NCBI GenBank assembly: GCA_965216755.1
Contig: CBDCGL010000011.1
Location: forward strand, 2,944,001-3,008,000
DNA: 64,000 nucleotides
Reading direction: 5' to 3'
Source of the DNA: Alphaproteobacteria bacterium
GTDB lineage: Bacteria > Pseudomonadota > Alphaproteobacteria > UBA7887
Positions within the stretch are counted from its first letter, which is position 1; each line of letters begins with the position of its first letter. Positions 10,368-20,866 of this stretch are shown here, in pieces. The notes beneath the pieces were generated by a model. That model worked only from the letters and a program-made list of their open reading frames with translations, ran no database searches and was not told where the DNA came from. Both the position numbers and the translations under genes were made by a program.

Positions 10368-11591
10368 ATGACCGACGACATCAAGAAAGTGGTGCTGGCC
10401 TATTCCGGCGGCCTGGACACATCGGTCATATTGCGATGGTTGCAGGAAACCTATCGCTGCGAAGTCATCACATTTACCGCCGACCTTGGCCAAGGCGAGG
10501 AATTGGAGCCGGCGCGGGCCAAGGCCGAGATGTTTGGGGTCAAGCAGATCTATATCGAAGATCTGCGCGAGACTTTTGTGCGCGACTATGTATTTCCCAT
10601 GTTCCGCGCCAACGCCATTTATGAAGACACCTATCTTTTGGGGACCTCTATTGCGCGGCCGCTGATCGCCAAACGCCAAATTGAGATCGCCGCGGAGACC
10701 GGCGCCGACGCGGTTTCTCATGGCGCCACCGGCAAAGGCAATGACCAGGTTCGGTTCGAGCTCGGCTATTATGCCCTGCAGCCCAATATTAAGGTCATCG
10801 CGCCATGGCGCGAATGGGATTTGAACTCGCGCACGGCCCTGATCGCCTATGCGGAACAGCATCAGATTCCGATACCGCGCGGCAAGCGCGGCGAGCCGCC
10901 CTATTCGACCGACGCCAATCTGCTGCACATTTCGTATGAAGGCAAAGCCCTCGAGGATCCTTGGCAGGAAGCCGACGAGGAGATGTTTACCCGCAGCGTC
11001 GCGCCCGAGGCGGCGCCCGATACGCCCACCTATGTGGAAATTGATTTTGAACGCGGCGACCCGGTCGCCGTCGACGGCGTCACGTTGGCGCCCGCCGCAC
11101 TGCTGACCCGCCTGAACGAAATGGCCGGCGCCAATGGCATCGGCCGCGCTGATATCGTCGAAAGCCGCTTTGTCGGCATGAAATCCCGCGGCGTGTACGA
11201 GACCCCGGGCGGCACGCTCTGGTTCATTGCGCGTCGGGCAATGGAAAGTCTGACCCTGGATCGCGGCCAAATCCAATTGAAGGACGCCTTGATGCCGCGC
11301 TATGCGGAGCTGGTCTATAACGGATTTTGGTGGTCGCCAGAGCGCGAGGCGCTGCAAGCCGCGATCGACCTGACCCAAAGCGCGGTCACGGGCACCGTGC
11401 GCCTGAAGCTTTACAAGGGCAACGCCATGGTGGTCGGCCGCAAATCGCCTTACAGCCTGTATGACGAAGATGTCGCGACGTTCGAAGAGGATTCGGTCTA
11501 CGACCAGCGCGACGCCGCGGGCTTCATCAAATTGCAGGCTTTGCGGCTGCGCACGCTCAAGGCCCGTCGCGATCCAGATCGCGGCGCATGA
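10368..11591 (+). CDS. argG: Argininosuccinate synthase
   Basis: Motifs [24 protein letters not shown] and [13 protein letters not shown]. Confidence 0.98.
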   Translation: MTDDIKKVVLAYSGGLDTSVILRWLQETYRCEVITFTADLGQGEELEPARAKAEMFGVKQIYIEDLRETFVRDYVFPMFRANAIYEDTYLLGTSIARPLIAKRQIEIAAETGADAVSHGATGKGNDQVRFELGYYALQPNIKVIAPWREWDLNSRTALIAYAEQHQIPIPRGKRGEPPYSTDANLLHISYEGKALEDPWQEADEEMFTRSVAPEAAPDTPTYVEIDFERGDPVAVDGVTLAPAALLTRLNEMAGANGIGRADIVESRFVGMKSRGVYETPGGTLWFIARRAMESLTLDRGQIQLKDALMPRYAELVYNGFWWSPEREALQAAIDLTQSAVTGTVRLKLYKGNAMVVGRKSPYSLYDEDVATFEEDSVYDQRDAAGFIKLQALRLRTLKARRDPDRGA

Positions 11592-11889
11592 TCTGCAAGA
11601 GCCGCTTCGGGTCGCCGGCCACGCGAACGCGTTTGCGCCGATCCTTGGTGCCGCCGATTAGGGTGAGGCATCGGGCGGGTAGGCGCCAATGCTTGGCCAA
11701 GAGCTTGATCACCGCGGCATTGGCCTTGCCGCCATCGGCTGCGGCGGTTACCCGGACCCGCAATTGGGCGTGGCCGTCGGCATCGATGATGACCCCATCG
11801 ACGGCGGCCCGGCCGGCTTTGGGCGTCACCCGCAGGCGCACCTGAACGCCGTCGGCGTCAGCATGAAACGGCCCGTCGTCGGTTGGCAA
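11557..11889 (-). CDS. yggU: DUF167 (YggU) family protein
   Basis: Motifs RVTPKAGR and [19 protein letters not shown]. Lies downstream of yggT. Confidence 0.88.
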   Translation of the reverse strand: MPTDDGPFHADADGVQVRLRVTPKAGRAAVDGVIIDADGHAQLRVRVTAAADGGKANAAVIKLLAKHWRLPARCLTLIGGTKDRRKRVRVAGDPKRLLQIMRRDLDRDGP

Positions 11890-11903
11890 GGAGCGGCACT
11901 AGA

Positions 11904-12209
11904 TCAATAGCTGATCACGCCGAGACCGCGCGCCAACCATCCAAGAATGACCACATTCTTCAGGAATATCAGTGCGATGATGGCAACCAGCGGCGACAAG
12001 TCGATGCCCCCGAGATCAGGCAAAAAGCGGCGGATGGGCGCCAGCACCGGCTCGGTCAGCCGGTAGATCACCATCGAAACCGTGTTGACGAAGCGGTTGT
12101 GCATGTTGACCACGTTGAACGCGACCAGCCAACTCAGGATCGCGCCGATGATGAACACCCAGATGTAAAGGTCCACCAACCAGGCCAGGAATTGCAGAAG
12201 TTCGAACAT
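11904..12209 (-). CDS. yggT: YggT family membrane protein
   Basis: Motifs ILSWLVAFNVVN and LTEPVLAPIRRFLPDLGGIDLSP. Confidence 0.95.
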   Translation of the reverse strand: MFELLQFLAWLVDLYIWVFIIGAILSWLVAFNVVNMHNRFVNTVSMVIYRLTEPVLAPIRRFLPDLGGIDLSPLVAIIALIFLKNVVILGWLARGLGVISY

Positions 12210-12348
12210 AGGGAAGGACTGCTGTCTTGTTGGGACGCCGTGCGGGAGAGATGATTAGGCGGCACGACCAGCACACTATAGCACGCCGCTGTGACGCGAA
12301 CCGGAAATGTCGCACGCCAATGGCATTCGAGGCGCCAAATCACGGTGG

Positions 12349-12379
12349 TTGACTTGCGTGGCGACGCCGGTCATATCAT
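12349..12379 (+). promoter_or_regulatory. Putative sigma-70 promoter of the tRNA
   Basis: TTGACT at 12349 and CATATCAT 17 bp downstream, about 40 bp before the tRNA. Confidence 0.35.
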
Positions 12380-12418
12380 CCCGATGGAAGCTTGTCGGCG
12401 GTGACTGTCGGCAACTTT

Positions 12419-12494
<76 letters not shown>

Positions 12495-13040
12495 AATTTC
12501 GTTTGCCGGCAGCCGCCACGCCAACCCTGCCCGCGTGGTTTCGGTTCGAGGATGCGCCTGTCACCTCCAATTCTTTCAGGGGCCTGCCCGGAGACATAGG
12601 TCACATTTTGTACCTAAGACATGGGTGACAAGCACCAGGCAAGCGGGTCACAATTCGGCGTGCGCCCGATGGTGGGCACAGCACCCGCGACCGGTTCCCT
12701 TCCCCCGCGCCTAAGTTCCACGATCGCTTGAGTCAATACGCAGCGCGAACCCAGACACGGCCACACGACAGGATCGCGGCGGCGTGTTATCGGGCCGGCA
12801 AATAAGCGAACACGGGCTTGGTGCGCATCGCTGAACGCAAGGCCGTCATTGCCGGGGTGGGCGCCGCGCCGCGCGGGACCGTCGCGTTGGCGGCATTGGC
12901 GTCGGTTCAGGCGGCGGCATAGGCGCCGCGTCCGCTGTCGATCGAACACTGTACGAAAATACTCGTCACTTTAGACGTTTAGAAATAGCCGAAAACTGAA
13001 GTCGCACACGCTTATTGCGGCGCTCTGCGGGAACGTGGCT

Positions 13041-14910
13041 TTAGTTGTCTTGTGGTGGCTCGGTGGGCACTTCCAGGCCGGCCTTGCGCAAGCCATCCAT
13101 CAAGTCGTCGACAAGATCATCGGGCATGCGACGCTTGACGTACGAGTCACGGGGATCATTGGCGAACTCAGGATGAATGGCGAGGACACGGTTAAGGGTG
13201 GCTTTCGCTGTCTCAAGTTCACCGAGCTGTGCGTAAACCGCCGCTAAGGCTCCCTGGACCATGAAGTTCTGAGGAAGGTCCGCCTTTTGTAACTCGACAA
13301 GAGCCTCGCGATATTCGCCCTTGCGACAAAAGTCGAGAGACAGAGGAAAGTGTATCCAACTTGGATAGGATGGGTTGAGCTGCATCGCCCGGCGAAGCAT
13401 TTCACCACCACGCTCCCACTCACCCGCATAGGACGTCCAATTGCCAAGGTCACCAATCATTGTCGAGTCGTAAGGATTGAGTGCGATTGCCTTGTCGGTC
13501 ATGGCGTAGAACGTGTCCAGCTTTTCTTCGCGCGCGTGGTAAATTCTTGCCAACAGGTAATAGACCTCGTAGTGCAAAGGGTCGAGTTCCCGCGCACGCT
13601 GGGTCGCCGCCAGCGCGCGGTCCAGCGCATTTGGGCGGACATTGATTTCGTAGGTGTGTTCCTCAAGATACATCCAAGCCAGGTTCAGCCAGCCAGGCGC
13701 ATAGTTCGGTGTGTCTTTAACTGCGTTCTCCAGGCAATTGCGTGCTCGGGCATGCAGCTCGATGTTGTAACTGCCAAAATACTGAGTCGCTAACAAGGTA
13801 CAATCATACGGATCTTGGGGGACGGACGGACTGCGGCTCAGCTTTTGGATCTCGGAAAGCCAGATCGGGCCCCCTACGGGCCCCAAACTCCCGACCACTC
13901 GGGCTGTGATCAGGTCCTGCGCGTCAAGAATGCTGATTGACGCGAGGCTATAGTCAAAGGTTTCCGACCATAGGTGGCCTCCGTTGTTTGCCTCGAGCAA
14001 CTGCGTGGTCACACGCAGTTGGCCCTCCAATTCTCGGACGCTGCCTTCCAAAACGTAACCGGCGCCAAGTGCGGTTCCGACTTCGCGCACATCGATCGGT
14101 TTTCCCTTGTACTGCGACGTTGAATTGCGCGCGATTACTATTAGGCTACGAAACTTCGAGAGCCCCGCGATGATATCGTCGGTCAAGCCATCGCTGAACG
14201 CCTCGTCAGCCAGATCGCCGCTCACATTGTCAAAGGGCAAAACAGCAATCGTTGGTCCAGCCCGGAGCGCCAGCTCTGATGTCGGCAGGCTGTCGAACGC
14301 GCCCCCCAGCCAGAATGCCGCGCCGATCACGGCAATGATGGCAAGCGCGCCGCTCCGGCACCGGTCGGGTGCCGTCACTTTCACCGCGCACGCGATAGAC
14401 GCGCACAGGCTTGTCAATGTTCTTGACCGGCTGCTCGCCCAGAAAATCAAACCCGAAATCAAGCTTGCCTTCCACCGCGTCATAGACCGTGCTGGCAATG
14501 CAGATGCCGCCGGCATCAGCCAGCGCTTCCATGCGCGCGGCGATGTTGACGCCGTCGCCATAGATCGTGCCGTCGTCTTCCTCGATGACATCGCCAAGAT
14601 TGACGCCAACCCGCAGTTGCATACGCCGGTGCTCAGGCAGTTCGGCGTTGCGCCCCTCAATGTTTCTCTGAATTTCGACGGCGGCTTGGACCGCTTCGAC
14701 CGCGCTCGCGAACTCAGCCAGGATGTTGTCACCCGGAGCGTTGACGACACGCCCGTCATGCTGGTCGATCACACGTCCGACCGCGGCACGATATTCCTGT
14801 AACGTGGCGACGGTGGCCGCCTCGTCGTCGCGCATCAGGCGCGAATAAGCCACGACGTCCGCGCTGAGAATTGCCGAAAGTTTTCGTTTCGGGCGCTTGG
14901 TATCGGCCAT
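13041..14910 (-). pseudogene. Frameshifted class III nucleotide cyclase - TM - TolB-like - TPR protein
   Basis: The cyclase domain (ADVVAYS, APGD, YGDGVNIAARME) is in the 14230-14910 frame. The TM, TolB (IAVLPF, YVLEGSVR, LWSETFD) and TPR parts are in the 13041-14759 frame. The frame changes near 14345-14390, and the intact paralog at 17988-19883 confirms the architecture. Confidence 0.8.
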
Positions 14911-15135
14911 GACCACCAACCTCCACGGGTCCAGCCGCACATCGACGGTCCGATCAGCATGCTACGACCTGTGTGCGCGGGGATCAATGCAAGCAGAACG
15001 GGCGCCTGTTCGCCCGAATGCGAGCCCTGTGTGAAAACATTCATTGACAGCGGCCAGCCGGTTGCGGCGACAATTGTATTGCTGCACGAACGCGCCGATC
15101 ATTTTGGACGGCGATGAAATGAGGATTTTGGTGAA

Positions 15136-15588
15136 ATGATTGCACTAACAGTTAATGCGACGGCGCACACGGTCGACGTGGCGCCGGATACCCCGCTGCT
15201 GTGGGTGTTGAGAGAACAACTGGGCCTGACCGGAACCAAATATGGCTGTGGAATCGGGGAGTGCGGTGCCTGCAATGTTCACATGAACGGCGAACTGATC
15301 AAGTCGTGCCAAACGTCAATTGGCAAGGCTGCCGGCGCCGACATCACCACGATCGAGGGCTTGGGTAGCGACGGTCTGCACCCCGTTCAGCAGGCGTTTA
15401 TTACAGAGAATGTCACCCAATGCGGCTATTGCATTCCGGGTCAAATCATGACCATCGCCATGATGCTGTATAGCAACCCTGAGCCGACGGATCAGGAGAT
15501 CGATGTTGCTTTGAAAGAAAACTATTGCCGCTGCGGGGCGTACACGCGGATCCGCAAGGCCGTCCACCGTGCCGCTGGTGCGGTTTGA
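15136..15588 (+). CDS. 2Fe-2S small subunit, isoquinoline 1-oxidoreductase alpha-like (IorA/CoxS family)
   Basis: Motifs GTKYGCGIGECGAC, QCGYCIPGQIM and CRCGAY. Confidence 0.93.
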   Translation: MIALTVNATAHTVDVAPDTPLLWVLREQLGLTGTKYGCGIGECGACNVHMNGELIKSCQTSIGKAAGADITTIEGLGSDGLHPVQQAFITENVTQCGYCIPGQIMTIAMMLYSNPEPTDQEIDVALKENYCRCGAYTRIRKAVHRAAGAV

Positions 15589-15604
15589 CGAACGGGAGGC
15601 ACAA

Positions 15605-17839
15605 ATGAACACCATTAGACACGTGACCCGTCGCGACTTCATGAAAACGACCGCTGTCGCTGGGGGCGGTCTCCTGATCGGTCTGCATTTGCCCATCGCC
15701 GGCCGTCCCCTGGGCGCGGCGACCGCTGCAACAGACGGTGCGGTGCTGAACGCGTGGGCTCATATTCACGCCGACAACACCATCACGCTGACCGCCAGCC
15801 AAACCGAGATGGGTCAAGGCCCGACCATGGGCAATTTGATGATGTTTGCTGAAGAAATGGAGTGCGACTGGAACACGGTCACATTCGCCTTCGATACCGG
15901 CCGCGAAGAGTACACCAATCCCCTGTTCGGCTACCAAGGCACCGGGGGGAGTTCGGCGACCACGGGCTTCTGGGATGTCATGCGCACGGCCGGCGCACAA
16001 ACCCGGCATATGCTGATCCAGGCTGCCGCCAAACACTGGGGCGTTGACCCGGTCGACTGTTCGGCCCGCAACAGTGTCGTCACTTATCGTGGGCCCGACG
16101 GCGAGAAAACCGCGACGTTCGGCGAATTGGCCGTACGCGCCGCCGAAGAAACGCCGCCCGAAAATCCGCGCCTGAAATCGCCGGACGAATTCCACTTGAT
16201 CGGCACCGCCGTCAGTCGACTCGACAACGAAGTCAAGGTCACTGGCAAGGCCAAATTTGGTATCGACCACGATCTCGAGGGCATGGTGATCGGCGCGATT
16301 CGCCATGCGCCGTTCGGTGGCACACTCGCGAGCTTCGACGAAGCCGCGGCGATGGCGATGCCCGGAGTCAACGGCGTGGTCGAAGTCGGACACGCGGTCT
16401 ATCCGGAAAACAACACACCGGCGCTGATCGTCACCGCCGACAGCTACTGGCAGGCCGAACAAGGCATGAAGGCCGCCAACCCGCAATGGGATCCCGGCGA
16501 CTGGGGCGATCTGGACAGCGACCATATCTCCCAAACCCTGCTTGGTGCATTGGACAACGAAACCGGCGTGCTGGCCCGGGCCGAGGGCGATGTGGATACC
16601 GCGCTGGATCAGGCCGCCCAAGTGGTCGAGGCGACCTATGAGGTCCCCTATGTCGGCCACGCACCGCTGGAACCCCAAAACTGCCTGGCCGACTTTCGGG
16701 GCGATAGCTTGGAAGTTTGGGCACCAACCCAGTTTCCGGGCGGTGGCTATATCGCCATGGAATTGCTGACCGGCCTGCCGCGAGACAAGATCAAGATCCA
16801 CATGACCTTCACCGGCGGTGGCTTTGGCCGCCGGGCCGAAAACGACTTCATGGAACAGGCCGTGGAAGCTTCGATGAAGCTGAAAAGGCCGGTCAAGCTG
16901 ATCTGGTCGCGCGAAGAGGATATGCAGAATAACTTCAACCGACCCGCCTATGCGGCCAAAATGACCGCCGGTCTGGACGCCGACGGCCAGGCGGTTGCGT
17001 GGCGGCACAAGACCGCCGGGCCGGCGGTGTGGACGTCACCGTATCGGTCGTCGCGGTTGCAGGATGTCTACGCCGATACCGACTGGATCATGGGCGCCAA
17101 GGAAAGCGGCCTTGACGCCGACTCTGTCCAAGGCGCAATGGCCATGGCCTACGCCTTCGCAAACCTGGAGGTCTCGGTTGTCCAGAAAGACTTTCCTGTG
17201 CCGATCGGTCCCTATCGCGCGGTTGGCAATACTCAGGATTCGTTCTTTATGGACTGCTTCCTGGATGAAGTCGCCCACGCCGCCGGGCAGGATCCTTATC
17301 GGTTCCGCCGCGCCTTGCTGGCCGAGCAACCGCGCATGCAAGCCGTGCTTGACCTTGCCGCCGAAAAATCGGGCTGGGATGAGCCACCGGCCAAGGGTCA
17401 CTACCGGGGTATCGCCTTTCATCACAGCTTCGAATCACCGTTCGCGGACGTGGTCGAAATCTCGATCAGGGGCGGCAAACGGGTGACCATTCATCGCATC
17501 GTGCGCGCGGTGGATTGCGGCATCGTGGTCAATCCCGATCAGTGGGATGCCCAAATGCAAAGCGGTGTCGTATGGGGGCTGGCTCATGCGTTTCTTAGCG
17601 AGCACACCGTGAGGTACGCGAAACTGATGCAAAGCAATTACGATACCTACAAATTGCCGCGCATCGGCCAGATGCCGCCCTACGAAGCCTACGCGGTCGA
17701 CAGCAAGAACCCGCCGACTGGCCTGGGTGAACCGGCCTTCACCACAGTGACACCGGCCATATGCAACGCCATCTTCGCCGCGACAGGTAAGCGGATCCGT
17801 ACGCTGCCGCTGAAAAAGCACGGCATGAGCCTCGCCTAA
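15605..17839 (+). CDS. Tat-exported molybdopterin oxidoreductase, isoquinoline 1-oxidoreductase beta-like (IorB family)
   Basis: Tat signal TRRDFMK; motifs EMGQG, GTGGS, HAPLEP, GGGFGRR, AVDCG and GLGEP. GGGAGG ribosome-binding site. Confidence 0.92.
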   Translation: MNTIRHVTRRDFMKTTAVAGGGLLIGLHLPIAGRPLGAATAATDGAVLNAWAHIHADNTITLTASQTEMGQGPTMGNLMMFAEEMECDWNTVTFAFDTGREEYTNPLFGYQGTGGSSATTGFWDVMRTAGAQTRHMLIQAAAKHWGVDPVDCSARNSVVTYRGPDGEKTATFGELAVRAAEETPPENPRLKSPDEFHLIGTAVSRLDNEVKVTGKAKFGIDHDLEGMVIGAIRHAPFGGTLASFDEAAAMAMPGVNGVVEVGHAVYPENNTPALIVTADSYWQAEQGMKAANPQWDPGDWGDLDSDHISQTLLGALDNETGVLARAEGDVDTALDQAAQVVEATYEVPYVGHAPLEPQNCLADFRGDSLEVWAPTQFPGGGYIAMELLTGLPRDKIKIHMTFTGGGFGRRAENDFMEQAVEASMKLKRPVKLIWSREEDMQNNFNRPAYAAKMTAGLDADGQAVAWRHKTAGPAVWTSPYRSSRLQDVYADTDWIMGAKESGLDADSVQGAMAMAYAFANLEVSVVQKDFPVPIGPYRAVGNTQDSFFMDCFLDEVAHAAGQDPYRFRRALLAEQPRMQAVLDLAAEKSGWDEPPAKGHYRGIAFHHSFESPFADVVEISIRGGKRVTIHRIVRAVDCGIVVNPDQWDAQMQSGVVWGLAHAFLSEHTVRYAKLMQSNYDTYKLPRIGQMPPYEAYAVDSKNPPTGLGEPAFTTVTPAICNAIFAATGKRIRTLPLKKHGMSLA

Positions 17840-17987
17840 TCGGGCGATTCCGGGCTGGGTCACCCGATCCCGGCCCGGACCAAGCTTGTTGTCTGACCAA
17901 ATATCCACCTGGTTGAATGGATTAGGCCTATGTCGTACGATTGAAAACCTGAATAGATCCGGCGTTGAAGCGAAACGGTGCGCCGAT

Positions 17988-19883
17988 ATGGTTGAGCCGA
18001 ACGTCAATCGCAAACTGGCGGCAATACTGAGCGCCGACGTCGTCGGCTATTCACGGTTGATGCATGACGACGAGCCGGCAACGGTCGCGTTGTTGAAAGA
18101 TTATCGGGCGGCGGTCGGGCGGGTGATCGAACGCCGCAAGGGCCGGGTAGTCAACGCGCCCGGCGATTCAATCCTCGCCGAATTCCCAAGTGCTGTCGAA
18201 GCCGTGCAAGCGGCTGTCGAAATCCAGCAAAGCGTCCAAGGCCGCAATGTGGAGCTGCCGGAAGATCGACGCATGGCGTTCCGCATTGGCGTCAATCTCG
18301 GTGATGTCATTGAAGAAGACGACGGCACCATCTATGGCGACGGCGTCAATATTGCCGCGCGCATGGAAGCGCTGGCTGATGCTGGCGGCATCTGCATTGC
18401 CAGCACGGTCTACGACGCGGTCGAAGGCAAGCTTGATTGCGGCTTCGACTTCCTCGGCGAACGGCAGGTTAAAAACATTGCCAAGCCGATCAACGTGTAT
18501 CGGGTGCGCGGCGAAGCATCGGCTACGCCGCCGCACCCAAAAAATCCGAAGCGTCGCCGCGCCCTGATCGGTGCTCTTGGTGCGGGGGCCGCATTCCTGA
18601 TTGTGGCAGCCGGGGCATGGTGGTGGATCGCGCGCGAACCGGCACCGCATCCACTAACAACAGCCGCAACTTTGCCAGCCGGTCCATCGATTGCCGTACT
18701 ACCGTTCACTAATCTAAGCGGCGGCCACGACAACGAAAGATTCAGCGACGGGTTGACCGAGTCGATCATCTCTGGATTTTCAAAATTCGATTCGTTCATG
18801 ATCGTCGCACGCAACTCGACCTTCCAATATAAGGGCAAGTCCGTCGATGTTCGCGAGGTCGGCGCGGCGCTCAATGTCCGTTATGTTTTGGAGGGCAGCG
18901 TCCAGCGCTCCGGGGACCGGCTTCGCGTCAGTGCCCAAGCACTTGACGCCGGGAACGGCGATCATTTGTGGTCGGAAACCTATGATCGCGACGTGACAGC
19001 TGCCACGATTCTTGACTTCCAGGACGATATTACAGCGCACGTGGTCAGCAGCCTGGCATCATACGAGGCACCCTTGTGGCAAGCGGAGATCAGAAAGATG
19101 GGTGCCACGAATGCGCGCGATCAAGATAGCTACGGCTGCATACTTCTGTCTCATGTCTTTTTTAATAACTTCACGGGAGATGACCACGAGAGAGCTCGAA
19201 ACTGCCTCGAACAAGCCGTCCAACGAACGCCAACCTATGCGCCCGCATGGATTGAATTGGCATGGATTTACATCACGGAGTACAGATACCAATTCAACCT
19301 GCGCCCCGAGCCGTTGGAGCGTGCTCTCGCCGCTGCTCAACATGCATTGGAGTTGAATCCACAAAACTATTTCGTCTCCTATGGATTAGCGATGATCCAT
19401 TTCAACCGCGAACAAGAGCTCGACTCCTTTTATGCTTTGGCCGAGAAAGCGTTGGACCTTAATCCGTTCGACGCCACCATGATCGCCGAGTTCGGCGCGT
19501 TCATGGCGTATACTGGTGATTGGGACCGGGGCGCAGCGCTGGGACGGAAAGCCATCGCACTCGCGCCGGCTGGTTGGATGTATACAACACTGGCTCTCGA
19601 TCACTATCGCAAGGGTGAATATCGCCAAGCGCTTATTGAGGGCCAAAAGATCAACTTGCCCGAAAGCAATTTCGCCAACGCATTGTTGGCCGCTATCTAT
19701 GGCAAGCTAGGCGACAAAGAAAAGGCGTCTGTTCATCTCAAACGTGTCCTGGCGGTCCAACCGGGATTTGCCGCGGCACCGGGTAGCCTATTCTTGACGC
19801 GTCGCATGACCGAAGATCTCGTCGACTCGCTCATGGACGGCCTGCGCAAAGCGGGGTTGGACGAACTTCGCCCAGCTAATTAG
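17988..19883 (+). CDS. Class III adenylate/guanylate cyclase - TM - TolB-like - TPR protein
   Basis: Motifs ADVVGYS, APGD and YGDGVNIAARME, then a TM helix, IAVLPF, YVLEGSVQ, LWSETYD and TPRs ending GLRKAGL. Confidence 0.92.
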   Translation: MVEPNVNRKLAAILSADVVGYSRLMHDDEPATVALLKDYRAAVGRVIERRKGRVVNAPGDSILAEFPSAVEAVQAAVEIQQSVQGRNVELPEDRRMAFRIGVNLGDVIEEDDGTIYGDGVNIAARMEALADAGGICIASTVYDAVEGKLDCGFDFLGERQVKNIAKPINVYRVRGEASATPPHPKNPKRRRALIGALGAGAAFLIVAAGAWWWIAREPAPHPLTTAATLPAGPSIAVLPFTNLSGGHDNERFSDGLTESIISGFSKFDSFMIVARNSTFQYKGKSVDVREVGAALNVRYVLEGSVQRSGDRLRVSAQALDAGNGDHLWSETYDRDVTAATILDFQDDITAHVVSSLASYEAPLWQAEIRKMGATNARDQDSYGCILLSHVFFNNFTGDDHERARNCLEQAVQRTPTYAPAWIELAWIYITEYRYQFNLRPEPLERALAAAQHALELNPQNYFVSYGLAMIHFNREQELDSFYALAEKALDLNPFDATMIAEFGAFMAYTGDWDRGAALGRKAIALAPAGWMYTTLALDHYRKGEYRQALIEGQKINLPESNFANALLAAIYGKLGDKEKASVHLKRVLAVQPGFAAAPGSLFLTRRMTEDLVDSLMDGLRKAGLDELRPAN

Positions 19884-20226
19884 CGCTACGGCACTCTGAT
19901 GTCGCATCGCTGCTGGTCGCCGCTCTAGAACATGACTCGCGACCGTAGGTGAGCTGAAGCGATCTAAGCTTAAACCAAACCGTCGCGAACGGCGCTTTTG
20001 TACCTGGTTTTGGTGGCCCCCCGGCGCAGCACGCTTCGCTATCCTCTGTCGTTGCAAACCATACATGGTGTTGCACGACGTTCAGTTTTTGCGATAGGCG
20101 AGATCATGAATTCTTGCCCTATTGATAGTGGAGCACTGCCGTTTCTTGCGTGGACTAGCTGTCAACGGCGAGAATGCGGTTGGGCTGCACAAAACGGTCC
20201 GGCCGCGAAAAAGTGGAGGACATGCG

Positions 20227-20685
20227 ATGAAAGTCTTTGCTGGAGTCGCGGCGCTGGCCGCGGCGAGTGCGAATATCGTTTTTGCTGATACAGGTAATGG
20301 CGTTGGATCTTGGGTGGACGTTCCCCATGACGTGATGACGCTACCAAACAAAAACACATACACGATGTCCCGCAGCAGACAGATTTGGTTTAGCGAGAAC
20401 CTCCCCAGGCTGAACAATGTTGCGCTGGACTGTTTCACGACGTGGATCAATGTTAAGGGCTCCGATGAGTTCTTCAGCCGCGGTTGGTGCTCGGGTGTTG
20501 ATGCCGACGGTGATGTGATGTGGTCGGACTTCGACATGGGTGCCGACGGCGGCACTTGGACTTGGAGCGCATTTTACCCGGATGGGCTGTGGGGAACCTG
20601 GACCTGGACATACGATTCCGCGTGGCAGGGCGGTTACATGGTCCGACTGGCCTCGGGTGAAAGCGCCGATGGGGGTAGCATTTAG
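20227..20685 (+). CDS. Secreted Trp-rich hypothetical protein
   Basis: GGAGG ribosome-binding site, signal peptide, two Cys, DADGD motif and a duplicated GTWTW. Confidence 0.65.
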   Translation: MKVFAGVAALAAASANIVFADTGNGVGSWVDVPHDVMTLPNKNTYTMSRSRQIWFSENLPRLNNVALDCFTTWINVKGSDEFFSRGWCSGVDADGDVMWSDFDMGADGGTWTWSAFYPDGLWGTWTWTYDSAWQGGYMVRLASGESADGGSI

Positions 20686-20866
20686 TTCGATAATCGATTT
20701 GCCTGGGCGCAGCGCAAATTCGGCGCGGCGTATGTACCCCTAGAGCCGACCAATCGATATCGCCGGCCCGTCGCCCATTTACCGGGCGACGGATCGGTCT
20801 GCTTGACATTGCGTCGGACCTTCTGCCCGATGTTGGTCTTTCGAGAATAGATCAAAGGACTGGCAC

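Noticed and set aside
12614-12949. 111-aa Arg-rich ORF downstream of the tRNA
   Set aside because: No ribosome-binding site or recognisable motif, and the composition is typical of non-coding GC-rich frames.
15030-15045. CRP-like site TGTGA-N6-TCATT between the cyclase and the iorA-like gene
   Set aside because: The second half-site matches only 3/5, too weak without a genome-wide motif.
15446-17008. Long antisense or alternative-frame ORFs (also 10224-11378, 32343-34043 and many others in the track)
   Set aside because: These are shadow ORFs opposite well-supported genes, expected in high-GC DNA.
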